From Candidatus Aldehydirespirator sp. (GTDB taxonomy: Bacteria; Actinomycetota; Acidimicrobiia; Acidimicrobiales; Aldehydirespiratoraceae), in contig OZ241903.1 in the NCBI GenBank assembly GCA_965203635.1, positions 3,330,918 through 3,394,917 on the forward strand: a DNA stretch of 64,000 bases, written 5' to 3'. Below the pieces are notes generated by a model. It was not told the origin of the DNA and made no database searches. It saw only the letters and a program-made list of their open reading frames with translations. A program made the translations under genes and the position numbers. Numbering within the stretch: position 1 is the first letter of the stretch; each line of letters starts with the position of its first letter. Of this stretch, positions 16,799 to 26,408 are shown piece by piece.

Positions 16799-17832
16799 TG
16801 CGAGTAGGGCTCGCAGGCTTCGGTTTCGCCATCCGGCACGCCCAGGTCATTGCGGCCAACCCGTTCGTCACCGAATTCGCCATTGCCGAGTTGAACGCAG
16901 ACCGCCGCGACCAGGCGGCGCAGGAACACCCGCAAGCGAGAATCTTCGACGAAGCGGTCGAGATGCTCCAGGACATGGAGCCCGACTGTGTGATCGTCGC
17001 CTCGTCCTCCGACAGCCATGCCGCAATCACCCGTGCCGCGCTCGAGGCCGGCATCCACGTCTTCTCCGAGAAGCCACTGGCCCTGTCCTGGGCCGAGGCC
17101 CGGGAATTGAGGGACCTCGCCCATCGGCACGGCCTCATATTCCAAGCGGGCTACATCCTGCGGTACGAGGCTCGCCACCAGCTGCTGCACGACCATGTGA
17201 ACAGCGGGCGCCTCGGCCGGGTGGTGTTGATTCGTTCCAAGCGGAACTGCTCCCGCACCTGGTTCGAGACATGGGGCAAGCACAGCCATCCCGTGCTGGA
17301 GAGCATGGTCCACGACATCGACCTGACGACGTGGCTCACCAAGCAGCGCTGTGTCCGAGTGACGGCATGGGGGCAGAAGTTCCTCGGAGGGCCTCCGCCT
17401 GAGGCTGTGGTGGCCGTCCTGGAGTTCGACGGCGGCACGCTGGCGGTGCTGGAGACGTCCTGGCTCATCCCCGACGGCGCGCCGGCCAACATCGTCGGCC
17501 CGCTGGGACGCGAGGATGAGGGCGCGGGTGTCCTGGACGCGCACTTCGAGGTGCACGGCACGTCGGCTGTCGAGGCGCTCTCCCTCTACAGCCCGTCGCT
17601 CCTGCTGATGACCGACGAGCGGAGCTATGTGCCGGAGTCCACGCTGTTCCCCGCCTCGGCGCTGGGAGTGGGCGGAGCGCTCCGCGACGAGCTCTCCGAC
17701 TTCCTGGCCCATGTCCGGGGCGACCCCCACACGGGCGTCGCCTCGATCGATGACGCGGTGCATGTCCAGGCGGTAGTGGAAGCGATCGGTCGCGCCACGG
17801 AGTCGGGAACACCCGCGGCCGTCGAGGACTGA
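16798..17832 (+). CDS. Gfo/Idh/MocA-family NAD(P)-dependent oxidoreductase
   Basis: MRVGLAGFGFAIRH... Rossmann N-terminus and EKPLALS motif. The ATG overlaps the permease stop (TGATG). Confidence 0.8.
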   Translation: MRVGLAGFGFAIRHAQVIAANPFVTEFAIAELNADRRDQAAQEHPQARIFDEAVEMLQDMEPDCVIVASSSDSHAAITRAALEAGIHVFSEKPLALSWAEARELRDLAHRHGLIFQAGYILRYEARHQLLHDHVNSGRLGRVVLIRSKRNCSRTWFETWGKHSHPVLESMVHDIDLTTWLTKQRCVRVTAWGQKFLGGPPPEAVVAVLEFDGGTLAVLETSWLIPDGAPANIVGPLGREDEGAGVLDAHFEVHGTSAVEALSLYSPSLLLMTDERSYVPESTLFPASALGVGGALRDELSDFLAHVRGDPHTGVASIDDAVHVQAVVEAIGRATESGTPAAVED

Positions 17833-17852
17833 GATCGAGGACAGGAGGACGG

Positions 17853-19079
17853 ATGCCCGTCGGGTTCTGGGTCTTCCCTTGGGATATCGAGGATGACGGG
17901 ATCGACCGATTCGCCGAGCGCCTGGAACAACTGGGCGTCACGTCGGCGAGCCCCAGCGTCCTCTATCACTCCGGCCGTGCGCTCCTGCCCCGAGCACGGG
18001 AACAGAAGGTCCGTCTTCTAGGCGGGCCAGGGGCGAACTTCCCGTTCGAGAGCCTCGAGGCACACTTCGCCGACATGGAGTCGGAGTCCGCACCCAGATC
18101 GGGCAAACGGTTCTGGTGGGGACTGGCGGAGGCGCTCTCGGACCGGGGAATCCGGCTCAACGCATGGGCGATGCCGATGCACGGCTCGGAGCTCGGCCGG
18201 AGGCTCCCTAATGGGGTCGTGCGGAACTGCTTCGACAACCCCTACGGGTATGCGCTGTGTCCCTCCCATCCGCAGGCTCGCCGGTTCGCTGAGTCCCTGG
18301 TCGGCGAGTTGGCGCGATCGCGCATCTTCGGCGCCATCCAGCTCGAGTCGGTCGGCTATCTCGGCTATCGCCATTTCCACCACCATGAGGCGGAGTACGT
18401 CGGCCACGGGCCTCTCGAGGAGCTGTTCCTGTCGCTGTGCTTCTGCGATGCATGCATGGCCGGAGCCCGCCGGGAGGGGATCTCGATCTCCGGACTGCGC
18501 GCCGCGATCTGCCGCGAGCTGGAGAGACGATGGCGCGACGACGTCTGGAGCGTCGGTGTGGAGGAGGTGAGAGACGAGATCGAGGAGAACGACGACCTTC
18601 GCGCGCTGATCTCGTACCGGCAATCGACGGTGGCCTCCCTCGTCGCCTCGCTGGCGGAGCGATGCCGCCGCGAGAGCACGGAGCTCCACTCTTTCTCGGC
18701 CATCTTCCCGCCGACGCTCGAGCACAGCACTTGGATCGAGGGCACCGACTTCGCAGCCTGGTCACGGTTCCTGGACCGGCTGATCGTCTTCGGCTACACC
18801 GCCGGCGGTCCCGGCGCCGCCAAAGTCGATGAGGACTGGACTCGCTCCGAGTTGGAGTACGTGAGCCGCTACTTCGACCCATCGAGGGTCAACGTCGTTC
18901 TGAACCTCGCACCGCAATACCTGGCCACTCTCGACGACGCCAGGCGCCGCTTCGACACCATCAGCCAGATGGGATTCAGCGACTTGAGCATCACCAACTA
19001 CGGGATGCTCAGCGAGACCCGCCTGGACTGGGTTCCCGAGCTGCGGAAGATCTTGGATCCGCCGGTGGCCTCGACGTAG
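17853..19079 (+). CDS. Uncharacterised 408-aa protein (possibly a TIM-barrel glycoside-hydrolase-like fold)
   Basis: Last gene of the ABC/Gfo operon. I recognise no diagnostic motif. NAWAMPMH, CPSHPQARRF and QLESVGY resemble beta-strand-end motifs of GH-like TIM barrels. No signal peptide. Confidence 0.5.
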   Translation: MPVGFWVFPWDIEDDGIDRFAERLEQLGVTSASPSVLYHSGRALLPRAREQKVRLLGGPGANFPFESLEAHFADMESESAPRSGKRFWWGLAEALSDRGIRLNAWAMPMHGSELGRRLPNGVVRNCFDNPYGYALCPSHPQARRFAESLVGELARSRIFGAIQLESVGYLGYRHFHHHEAEYVGHGPLEELFLSLCFCDACMAGARREGISISGLRAAICRELERRWRDDVWSVGVEEVRDEIEENDDLRALISYRQSTVASLVASLAERCRRESTELHSFSAIFPPTLEHSTWIEGTDFAAWSRFLDRLIVFGYTAGGPGAAKVDEDWTRSELEYVSRYFDPSRVNVVLNLAPQYLATLDDARRRFDTISQMGFSDLSITNYGMLSETRLDWVPELRKILDPPVAST

Positions 19080-19091
19080 GGAACTCGCTCG

Positions 19092-19457
19092 CTAGGCGAG
19101 CCAGGCCTGCCTGCTGAGGGTGCCGCCCCTGGGGATCGGGGGCGGGATGTAGACGTGCTCCTTCGTGACCCAGAACGTCCCGGTGGTCTTCGCGTAGTTG
19201 GAGACGTCCGCCCAGGCGACCTCCATCTCGGGCGTCTCGGCCGCCTTCTCGAATGCGTCCAGGTCGTCCCACCACTGCTCGATGAACGCCTCCGCCTGGA
19301 GCTCGCCCTGGACCTTGCTGATCACCTCCGAGACCACGTAGCCCCGCATAGGGCCGATCTTCGCCGAGATGGGCGCGTGGACATCCCGCCAATAGTCGAA
19401 GAACTCCTGGGTCGTGAAGTCGTCGCGCTTGTACGCAGTTCCGATCACTTTGATCAC
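19092..19457 (-). CDS. EthD-domain (dimeric alpha+beta barrel) protein
   Basis: 121 aa. MIKVIGTAYKRDDFTTQEFFDYWRDVHAPI matches the EthD family N-terminus. Confidence 0.7.
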   Translation of the reverse strand: MIKVIGTAYKRDDFTTQEFFDYWRDVHAPISAKIGPMRGYVVSEVISKVQGELQAEAFIEQWWDDLDAFEKAAETPEMEVAWADVSNYAKTTGTFWVTKEHVYIPPPIPRGGTLSRQAWLA

Positions 19458-19657
19458 GTTTGCCTCCCAAAGCCGTGTGTCAGCCGATCATATTGACTCC
19501 AGAATCGCCGTTCCATCCGAGGAGCGCCCGACCGCACCCGCAGGTGGCCACGTATCAAGATCGTGAACTTGGCCCCACGTTTCTGAACCCCGTAGTGTGG
19601 CGACTACCGGGACTCACCTGTCTCGCGTCTGGGGGAAGCGACTCGGAGGAGGGAGCG

Positions 19658-21076
19658 ATGACCCGCTACAACGGCATGGACCGCCGGAGATTCTTGACGC
19701 TCACTGGAGGTGGTCTGGGTGCTGCAGCCTTCATTGGGGCCTGCGGCGACGACGAGCCCGCACCCGCGCCCACCACCACCGCGGCGGCACCGGCCACAAC
19801 AGAGGCCACCACCACTACCGCGGCCGCTGCACCCGAGCTGAGCGGCTCCCTGCGCTGGGGCGCGATGACGCTGCCGGGCCTGCCCTACCTCGACGAGGTG
19901 CAACCGACCATCGACTCGTTCACCGCTCTTCACCCGGGCGTGTCGATCGAGCTGGAGGAGATCGCGCCCGACGGATACACCGAGAAGCTGGTGGCCTACA
20001 GCGCGGTCAACAACATGCCGGACCTGTTCTTCAGCCACAACGGCTGGGTCGACCTGTTCGCCCAGCAGGGGATCACCCTGGACATGCGGCCCTACCTGGA
20101 GGTCGACCCCGACCTCAACGTGGACGCGTGGTATCCGTCGATGCTGCAGGTGTGCTCCACGGTGGCTCTGGGCGACCAGGCGGCCGGCGAGATGCACTGC
20201 CAGGGCATGAGCGCCGACGTGAACACCTTCTTCTACAACATCCCCATGCTGGAGGCGGCCGGCCTCGAGCTTCCCGGAGACGGCTTCACGTGGGACGACA
20301 TGGCCGAGTACGCCCGGGTGCTCACCACCGGCGACGTCATCGGCTACGCGCCCGCGCCCGACAACCCGGACAACGCCCACGGGCCCATCGGAGCCTTCGG
20401 CGGGGACTACCTGGACGAAGAGGCCCAGGTCATGCTGATCGACGACAACTTCCGGGCCGGGTTGCGGGCCATTTGGGATCCGGTCATCGAAGGTGTCTTC
20501 GCCACTCCCGAGCAGGTCACCGCGGCCGGCGGCCCACATGACGGCTTCATCGGCGGCCGGTTCGCCATGGTCGAGGGGGCGGTGTGGTCGGTCCCCGCGC
20601 TGCGGGCTTCCGAGTTCGAGTGGGACGTGCACACCCTGCCCGAGGGAACCCACGGCACCCGGGGCGGCGGCGGCACCGCCGGCTGGGGCGTGAGCGCCCA
20701 AACCGAGCACCCTGACATCGTCTGGGAGCTCATCAAGCACATCTACGGGCCGGCCTACGTGCCCTGGATGGAGGGCGGCGCAGTGGTGCCACCGCTGAAG
20801 CGCTACGCCGACGACCCGAGGTGGCGCCAGCCGCCGCCCAACAACCATCAGGCGTTCATCGACGCGGCCCGTTCCATCATCATCAGCCCCATCGGCGGGC
20901 CGTTCGACAGCGCGGGCGGCATCCACTACGCGGAGTTCGCCGGAGCGTTCAGGCGCTACGTCATCGAGGGCCAGTCCATGGACGACGCCCTGGCGCCCTA
21001 CGAGGAGAACATGAACGCGGCGCTGGCCGAGAGCCCGGCCGTGCGGCGCGACATCCCCATCGAAGTCCCCGGCTGA
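19658..21076 (+). CDS. Sugar ABC transporter substrate-binding lipoprotein (CUT1) with Tat-type signal and Thr/Ala-rich linker
   Basis: MTRYNGMDRRRFLTLTGGGLGAAAFIGACGDD, then PAPAPTTTAAAPATTEATTTTAAAAP. RBS GGAGGAGGGAG lies before the ATG at 19658. Confidence 0.85.
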   Translation: MTRYNGMDRRRFLTLTGGGLGAAAFIGACGDDEPAPAPTTTAAAPATTEATTTTAAAAPELSGSLRWGAMTLPGLPYLDEVQPTIDSFTALHPGVSIELEEIAPDGYTEKLVAYSAVNNMPDLFFSHNGWVDLFAQQGITLDMRPYLEVDPDLNVDAWYPSMLQVCSTVALGDQAAGEMHCQGMSADVNTFFYNIPMLEAAGLELPGDGFTWDDMAEYARVLTTGDVIGYAPAPDNPDNAHGPIGAFGGDYLDEEAQVMLIDDNFRAGLRAIWDPVIEGVFATPEQVTAAGGPHDGFIGGRFAMVEGAVWSVPALRASEFEWDVHTLPEGTHGTRGGGGTAGWGVSAQTEHPDIVWELIKHIYGPAYVPWMEGGAVVPPLKRYADDPRWRQPPPNNHQAFIDAARSIIISPIGGPFDSAGGIHYAEFAGAFRRYVIEGQSMDDALAPYEENMNAALAESPAVRRDIPIEVPG

Positions 21077-21150
21077 GGCAGCTCACGCCGACGGGATCCC
21101 GTGACCGCGCCGTGACGGCGCAGCTGGCGGGCAGGCAGTAATTTGCAGTC

Positions 21151-22140
21151 GTGGTGCTGACGCGGAAGTCGCGCGCCGTCATCGAGCCGACCGATGTCGG
21201 CGAAGCGGCCACCAGCGTGATCGATACAGCGCCAGAGGCGCTGGAACAGAAGCACCGCGGTCTGTCCTGGCGCGGCCAGGAACGGCTGGCCGGCTACCTG
21301 CTGGTGGCCCCCGCGCTGCTGATGTTCAGCGTGTTCCTGCTGGGCCCGCTGGTGTACGGCGCCTATCTCAGCCTCACCGACAGGAACCTGCTGGCCGACA
21401 CCAGCTTCATCTGGTTCGAGAACTACGCCAACCTGCCCAACGACCCGCTGTTCTTCAAGTCCCTGCGGGTCACCGGACTGCTGTTCCTGGAGGTCACGCC
21501 GCTGACCATCCTGATCTCCTTCGTGTTCGCCAACCTCTTGAACCAGCGGATCAGGGGCTCCAGCATGTTCCGGCTCGCTTACTTCCTGCCCCTGGTGGCG
21601 TCGGGAGTGGCGGTGGCCACCATGTGGCGGTTCGTGTTCACCAGCGACGGCCTCTTCAACACGTTCCTGAGCTTCTTCATCGACGTCGACACTCCCTACC
21701 TGGTGCTTCCTCAATGGGCGCCCCACGTGGTGGCTGTCATCCTGCTGTGGTCGCTGATACCGCTCAACACCGTGTTCTACATGGCCGCGCTCCAGAGCGT
21801 CCCGCGGGAGCAGGTAGACGCGGCAATCGTGGACGGCGCCAACTTCTGGCAGAAGGCCGTCTACGTCACCTGGCCGCTGTGCGCGCCCACGACGTTCCTG
21901 CTGGTGATCCTGAACCTGGCCATCACCAGCGTCGGATCGTGGGACATCCTCAACGTTCTCACCGGCGGCGGGCCCGAGTTCAGTACCACGACCACCGCCT
22001 ACCTGCTGTACCTACGGGCCTTCAGGGGGCAGTTCGAGATCGGGCTCGGCTCGGCCATGGGAGTGGCTCTGACTGCCATCCTGCTGCTGCTCACCGTTGG
22101 GGTGTTCAGGGCCCAGAAGCGATGGAGCCACTACGGATGA
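21151..22140 (+). CDS. Sugar ABC transporter permease (MalF-like)
   Basis: Multi-TM protein with EAA-type loop REQVDAAIVDGANFWQKAVYVTWPL. Confidence 0.85.
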   Translation: MVLTRKSRAVIEPTDVGEAATSVIDTAPEALEQKHRGLSWRGQERLAGYLLVAPALLMFSVFLLGPLVYGAYLSLTDRNLLADTSFIWFENYANLPNDPLFFKSLRVTGLLFLEVTPLTILISFVFANLLNQRIRGSSMFRLAYFLPLVASGVAVATMWRFVFTSDGLFNTFLSFFIDVDTPYLVLPQWAPHVVAVILLWSLIPLNTVFYMAALQSVPREQVDAAIVDGANFWQKAVYVTWPLCAPTTFLLVILNLAITSVGSWDILNVLTGGGPEFSTTTTAYLLYLRAFRGQFEIGLGSAMGVALTAILLLLTVGVFRAQKRWSHYG

Positions 22141-22982
22141 GCGCTCTCATCAGGAACCGGGGCCGGATCGCGGTCTACCTGGTGCTTACCCTCGGGGCGG
22201 TGGTGATGATCACGCCGTTTATCTTCAACCTGTCGAAGTCCCTGCAGACCGCGCCGCAGACCTTCGCCTTCCCCTTCGAGTGGATCCCGGATCCCTTCAC
22301 CTGGTTCAACTACGTCGAGGCCTATGAGAAGATCGGCGCCCAGGCCTTCATCAACAGCGCCCTGCTGACCGTGGTGGTGGTCGGCGGGCAGACGATCCTG
22401 GGGATGATGGCCGGCTACGCCTTCGCCACCCTGCGGTTCCCGCTGCGAGACTCGCTGCTCCTGCTGATCATCGGAGGCCTGCTGGTCCCGTTCCACGTGA
22501 TCATGATCCCGCTGTTCATGTTCATCTTCGAGATCGGCTGGCTCGACACCTACTGGGGACTGATCATCCCCATCGTGGCCTACACCGACGTCTCGGTGTT
22601 CATGTTCCGGCAGTTCTTCCGGACTGTCCCCCGGGAGATCTACGAGGCCGGGATCCTCGACGGCGCCGGACCGATCCGGGTCTTCCGCAGCCTGTACGCG
22701 CCGATGGCCGGGCCCACCGTGGCCGCCTTCGTGATCGTGTCGTTCCTGGCCGCCTGGAACCTGTACGCCTGGCCGTTCCTGGCCGTGGCCGACCCCGACC
22801 TGCGAGTAGTCACCCTCCAGCTGGGCATCGCAGGCGGCACCTTCAACGCCAGCTCCAGCCCGCTGCGGCCCGAGATCCTGGCGGCCATGTCGCTGCTGTC
22901 GATGGTCCCGGTGATGGCGGTGTTCATGTTCATGCAGCGCCGCTTCGTGGAGAGCATGGCCCGATCGGGGATGACCGGATGA
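22137..22982 (+). CDS. Sugar ABC transporter permease (MalG-like)
   Basis: MSALIRNRGRIAVYLVLTLGAVVMITPF...; EAA loop YEAGILDGAGPIRVFRSLYAPMAGP. ATGA overlap with the upstream stop. Confidence 0.85.
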   Translation: MSALIRNRGRIAVYLVLTLGAVVMITPFIFNLSKSLQTAPQTFAFPFEWIPDPFTWFNYVEAYEKIGAQAFINSALLTVVVVGGQTILGMMAGYAFATLRFPLRDSLLLLIIGGLLVPFHVIMIPLFMFIFEIGWLDTYWGLIIPIVAYTDVSVFMFRQFFRTVPREIYEAGILDGAGPIRVFRSLYAPMAGPTVAAFVIVSFLAAWNLYAWPFLAVADPDLRVVTLQLGIAGGTFNASSSPLRPEILAAMSLLSMVPVMAVFMFMQRRFVESMARSGMTG

Positions 22983-23010
22983 GCGCGCTTCCAGCCGAGA
23001 GGAGAGCACC

Positions 23011-23319
23011 ATGAGCCGAGAAGCGTTCGCCCTGGAGATCCGGCCCGACAAGGTCGACGAGTACGTCGAGGCCCACCGCCAGGTGTGGCCCGAGGTGCTC
23101 GAAGCCACCAAGAGGGCCGGCATCCGCAACTTCACCATCTTCCTGCACAACAACACCGCCTTCGGCTACTTCGAGTGCGACGACCCGGTCGAGGCCAACG
23201 CGGTGCTGGCCGCCGACCCCGACTGCATCCGGTGGGAGGACTGGATGGCCGAGCTTCTCACGGACCGGGTCCCTGCCGACGGCGCGCCCGCGCTGGCCGA
23301 GATCTTCCGACTCGATTGA
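23011..23319 (+). CDS. rhaM: L-rhamnose mutarotase
   Basis: 102 aa. FALEIRPDKVDEYVEAHRQVWPEVLEATKRAGIRNFTIFL is characteristic of the RhaM/YiiL family. Confidence 0.8.
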   Translation: MSREAFALEIRPDKVDEYVEAHRQVWPEVLEATKRAGIRNFTIFLHNNTAFGYFECDDPVEANAVLAADPDCIRWEDWMAELLTDRVPADGAPALAEIFRLD

Positions 23320-23356
23320 TTTTGATGCGTCCACGGACCGAAGCCGAGACCGGCCG

Positions 23357-24265
23357 GTGAGGAACTCGGATCCGCTCACTGAGTCGACCGGCATCGACCT
23401 GGCCAGCGACGGGGCCCGGCAGCGGTTGGCCCGCGACGGCTATCTGTTCCTGCGGGGCTTCCTCCCGACCACCGACGTGGCCGCGGTCGAGGGGGCGATC
23501 CTGGAGGCGGTGGCAGCCGCCGGAGGTTGGCTGGCCGAGGGCACCGACCCGGCCGAGTGGATAGCGGGCCTGTCGGTGGCAGCCGAAGGCTACGACGACC
23601 CCGACTTCTGGGCCATGTACCGGCGGGTGCAGAGCCTCCAGGGCTTCCACGAGTTCGCCCATCATCCGCTCATCATCGCGGCGGTGGAAGGTCTGCTTGA
23701 GAGCGAGGTCTTCGCCCACTCCAACCATGTGGCCCGGGTGGTGGGGCCGTCGGCCCGGATCGAGCCCACCCACATCCACCAGGACTGGCGGCCCATCCAG
23801 GGCGCGGCCGACACCCTCACCGTGTGGATCCCGCTGGCCGACATACCCCCACCGATGGGGGGACTGCGCATCCTGGAGGGCTCCCAGCACGGGGGCGTGA
23901 TGCCGTTCGACCCGGAGACCGAGTCCATCCACATCGACGAGCACGACCCGCGGTGGCGCAGCGCCTCCTACCGGCAGGGCGATGTGCTGATCTTCCACAG
24001 CCTCACCGTCCACGCCGGCACGCCCAACACCACCGACAGGCTGAGACGGTCCTGCGAGTTCCGCTACCAGCGGGTCAGCGACCCGGCCGTGGTGTCCACG
24101 GTGACGCTCCCCCACTGGCACCCCTCCGTCGACTGGCCCGAGCTGACCGAGGGCTGGACCTCGCTGGCGTCGATCGAGGTGCCCGATTTCGTCGAGTTCG
24201 AGATGCTCGACGACACCGCCCCCAATATGCCCACCCCGCCATCGCGCCTACTGGGAACCGCCTGA
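23357..24265 (+). CDS. PhyH-family Fe(II)/2-oxoglutarate dioxygenase (PhyH-1)
   Basis: HIHQDW (HxD), GDVLIFHSLTVHAGTPN (distal His), RLRRSCEFRY (2OG Arg). Confidence 0.8.
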   Translation: MRNSDPLTESTGIDLASDGARQRLARDGYLFLRGFLPTTDVAAVEGAILEAVAAAGGWLAEGTDPAEWIAGLSVAAEGYDDPDFWAMYRRVQSLQGFHEFAHHPLIIAAVEGLLESEVFAHSNHVARVVGPSARIEPTHIHQDWRPIQGAADTLTVWIPLADIPPPMGGLRILEGSQHGGVMPFDPETESIHIDEHDPRWRSASYRQGDVLIFHSLTVHAGTPNTTDRLRRSCEFRYQRVSDPAVVSTVTLPHWHPSVDWPELTEGWTSLASIEVPDFVEFEMLDDTAPNMPTPPSRLLGTA

Positions 24266-24307
24266 CATCGGGCCGCCCCGACGGCGCGGGGAGCCGGCTG
24301 CCCGCGC

Positions 24308-25483
24308 TCAGCCGAAGATCGCCTCGTTGACCTCGACGCCCAGGCCGGGGCGGGGCTCGGCGCCGACCCGGCCTCCGGACGGCTGGGGCTCTCCGATGAA
24401 GATCGGCACCTGCTCGGACTCCGGTAGGGAGTCCCACACCGGCATCGGGAAGTACTCGACCATGGGCACGTTGGCGGTGCCCAGCGCGAAATGGATGTGG
24501 ACGGGGCCGTAGGCGTGGGGGATGACGGTGAGCCCGGCCGCCTGGGCCAGAGCCGCGATCTTGCAGCCCTCGGTGAAGCCTCCGCAGCGCCTCAGATCGG
24601 GCTGGAGGATGTCCATGGCCTCGCGCTCGATGATGTCGGCGAAGCCGTAGCGGGTGTACTCATGCTCGCCGCCCGAGATCGGAATGCTGGTCTCCCGCCT
24701 GAGCTTGGCGTAGCTGGTGAGGTCGTCGGGGACGAAGGGCTCCTCGATCCAGGCCAGGTTGTAGGGCTCCAGCCGCCGGCACATCTTCTTGGCGTAGTTG
24801 AAGTCCCAGCCCATGTAGGCGTCGATCATGATCTCGATGTCACCGCCGACCGCGTCGCGGATGTTGGCCACATGGGCCTCGTTCTCGGCCATGCCCCGAA
24901 TACCGCTGCCGGGCCCGTAGGGGAAGCGGGCCTTCATGGCCTGGTACCCCTCAGCCACGTACGCCTTCGCCTCCTGGGCGACCAGATCCGCACCGACGGG
25001 GTGGAGGGCCGACGCGTACACCGGCACATCGGGATGGACTGGCCCACCCAGAAGCTCGTAGACCGCGCTGTCCGACGCCTTGCCGCAAACGTCCCACAGG
25101 GCGATGTCGATGGCGCTGATGGCCTGGAGGGCGATTCCCTTGCGGCCGTAGGGAAGGGTGGCCCGGTACATGCGGTCCCAAAGCCCCTCGGTCTCGTAGG
25201 CTGGCGCACCCACCAGAAGGTTGCGCAGGTGGCGCTGGATGACGCCCTCCACCGCGCCGACGCCGTCCTCGCACCATCCCCGGCCCACGACGCCGTCCGA
25301 CGTCTCGATCTCGATCACGGCCATAGCCGATTCCCAGAACCACGAGCCCCTGGTCTCCTGGTACTCGGGGTAGATGTCCAGCGGCGTCACCAGCGGCAGC
25401 GTCTTCTCCCGCTCGGCGAGGTGCCCCCAGATAGACCGGGGGGCGTGGCGGACTCGGACATCGGTGATCTTCACGTTGCTCAC
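24308..25483 (-). CDS. Enolase-superfamily acid-sugar dehydratase, L-rhamnonate dehydratase-like (paralogue 1)
   Basis: The N-terminal region YPEYQETRGSWFWESAMAVIEIETSDGVVGRGW parallels RhamD/YfaW. Metal ligands IDAYMGW / WIEEP / GGEHE; general-base IPHAYG. The GTG start overlaps the upstream stop (GTGA). Confidence 0.8.
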   Translation of the reverse strand: MSNVKITDVRVRHAPRSIWGHLAEREKTLPLVTPLDIYPEYQETRGSWFWESAMAVIEIETSDGVVGRGWCEDGVGAVEGVIQRHLRNLLVGAPAYETEGLWDRMYRATLPYGRKGIALQAISAIDIALWDVCGKASDSAVYELLGGPVHPDVPVYASALHPVGADLVAQEAKAYVAEGYQAMKARFPYGPGSGIRGMAENEAHVANIRDAVGGDIEIMIDAYMGWDFNYAKKMCRRLEPYNLAWIEEPFVPDDLTSYAKLRRETSIPISGGEHEYTRYGFADIIEREAMDILQPDLRRCGGFTEGCKIAALAQAAGLTVIPHAYGPVHIHFALGTANVPMVEYFPMPVWDSLPESEQVPIFIGEPQPSGGRVGAEPRPGLGVEVNEAIFG

Positions 25484-26343
25484 ACCTTGTAGTAGTGCTC
25501 GGCGTTGCTCCGGAACAGGGCGGATCGCTCGTCGGCGGAGAAGTCGGCGGTTATCTCACGGTAGGCGTCGACCACGGCGCGGTAGGGGCTGTACAGGCTG
25601 TCGACGGGCCAGTTGGAGCCGAACATGCACCGCTCCACCCCGAACACCTCAATGCAGGCCAGAACCCAGGGGCGGATGCTCTCGGTCGTCCACGAGTGGT
25701 CGGTCATGCCGAGACCGGAGATCTTGCACGCCACGTTGGGGGCTCCGGCGAGGGTGGCCATCCCGGCCCGCCAGGCGTCGAAGTACTCCGGGGTGCGCTC
25801 CATGGGCACCCCGCAGTGGCCCAGGATGAACTGGAGGTCACCGAACAGCTCGGCGGCCTGGCGGGCCTCGCCCATGCCTTCCCAAGTGGAGTTGAGGTCG
25901 TAGGAAAAGCCGAGATCGTTCAGCGCTTGAAGGCCGCGGCGGAACTCCGGGGTCAGCAGATCCTCGCCCTGCACGAAGTTGCGCACGCCCCGCATGTTGG
26001 CGTGCTCACCGTGGCGCTCGAGCTCGGCTCGCGCCCCTGGCGACGTGAGATCGGTCTTGGCCACGATGGCGTGCGGGTAGCCGTGCTCGTCGGCGACCTG
26101 CTGCAGCCACGCCGTCTCCCACACCTGGTCGTCACCGCCGTACTCGGCCTGCACATGGACCGACTTGATGACGTCACAGCCCTCGAAGTCGGCCAGCAGG
26201 TCCTCGATCAGGTAGTTGCGGCGGATAGCCGAATAGTCGCCGACGATGGCGGTCTCCTCCGGCTCCTCCTCCTCGAGCCAGTGGTAACGACCCTGGCTGA
26301 TGTCCCACAGGTGATGGTGGGAATCGACGAATGACTCGGTCAT
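25480..26343 (-). CDS. Amidohydrolase-2 family protein, sugar-lactonase-like
   Basis: FVDSHHHLWD N-terminal metal motif. Co-oriented and overlapping with the dehydratase. The family includes 6-deoxy-sugar lactonases. Confidence 0.65.
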   Translation of the reverse strand: MTESFVDSHHHLWDISQGRYHWLEEEEPEETAIVGDYSAIRRNYLIEDLLADFEGCDVIKSVHVQAEYGGDDQVWETAWLQQVADEHGYPHAIVAKTDLTSPGARAELERHGEHANMRGVRNFVQGEDLLTPEFRRGLQALNDLGFSYDLNSTWEGMGEARQAAELFGDLQFILGHCGVPMERTPEYFDAWRAGMATLAGAPNVACKISGLGMTDHSWTTESIRPWVLACIEVFGVERCMFGSNWPVDSLYSPYRAVVDAYREITADFSADERSALFRSNAEHYYKV

Positions 26344-26408
26344 GTCTCCTTCTCTCTACGGAGTCGAGATTGCTGCGTGTTCTGGTCCCTGCGTGATTGT
26401 CGTGTCCC

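Noticed and set aside
19092-19457. EthD protein as evidence for ether (ETBE-type) degradation.
   Set aside because: EthD-domain proteins are widespread small alpha+beta-barrel proteins. No cytochrome P450, ferredoxin or ferredoxin reductase partners (ethABC) are present.
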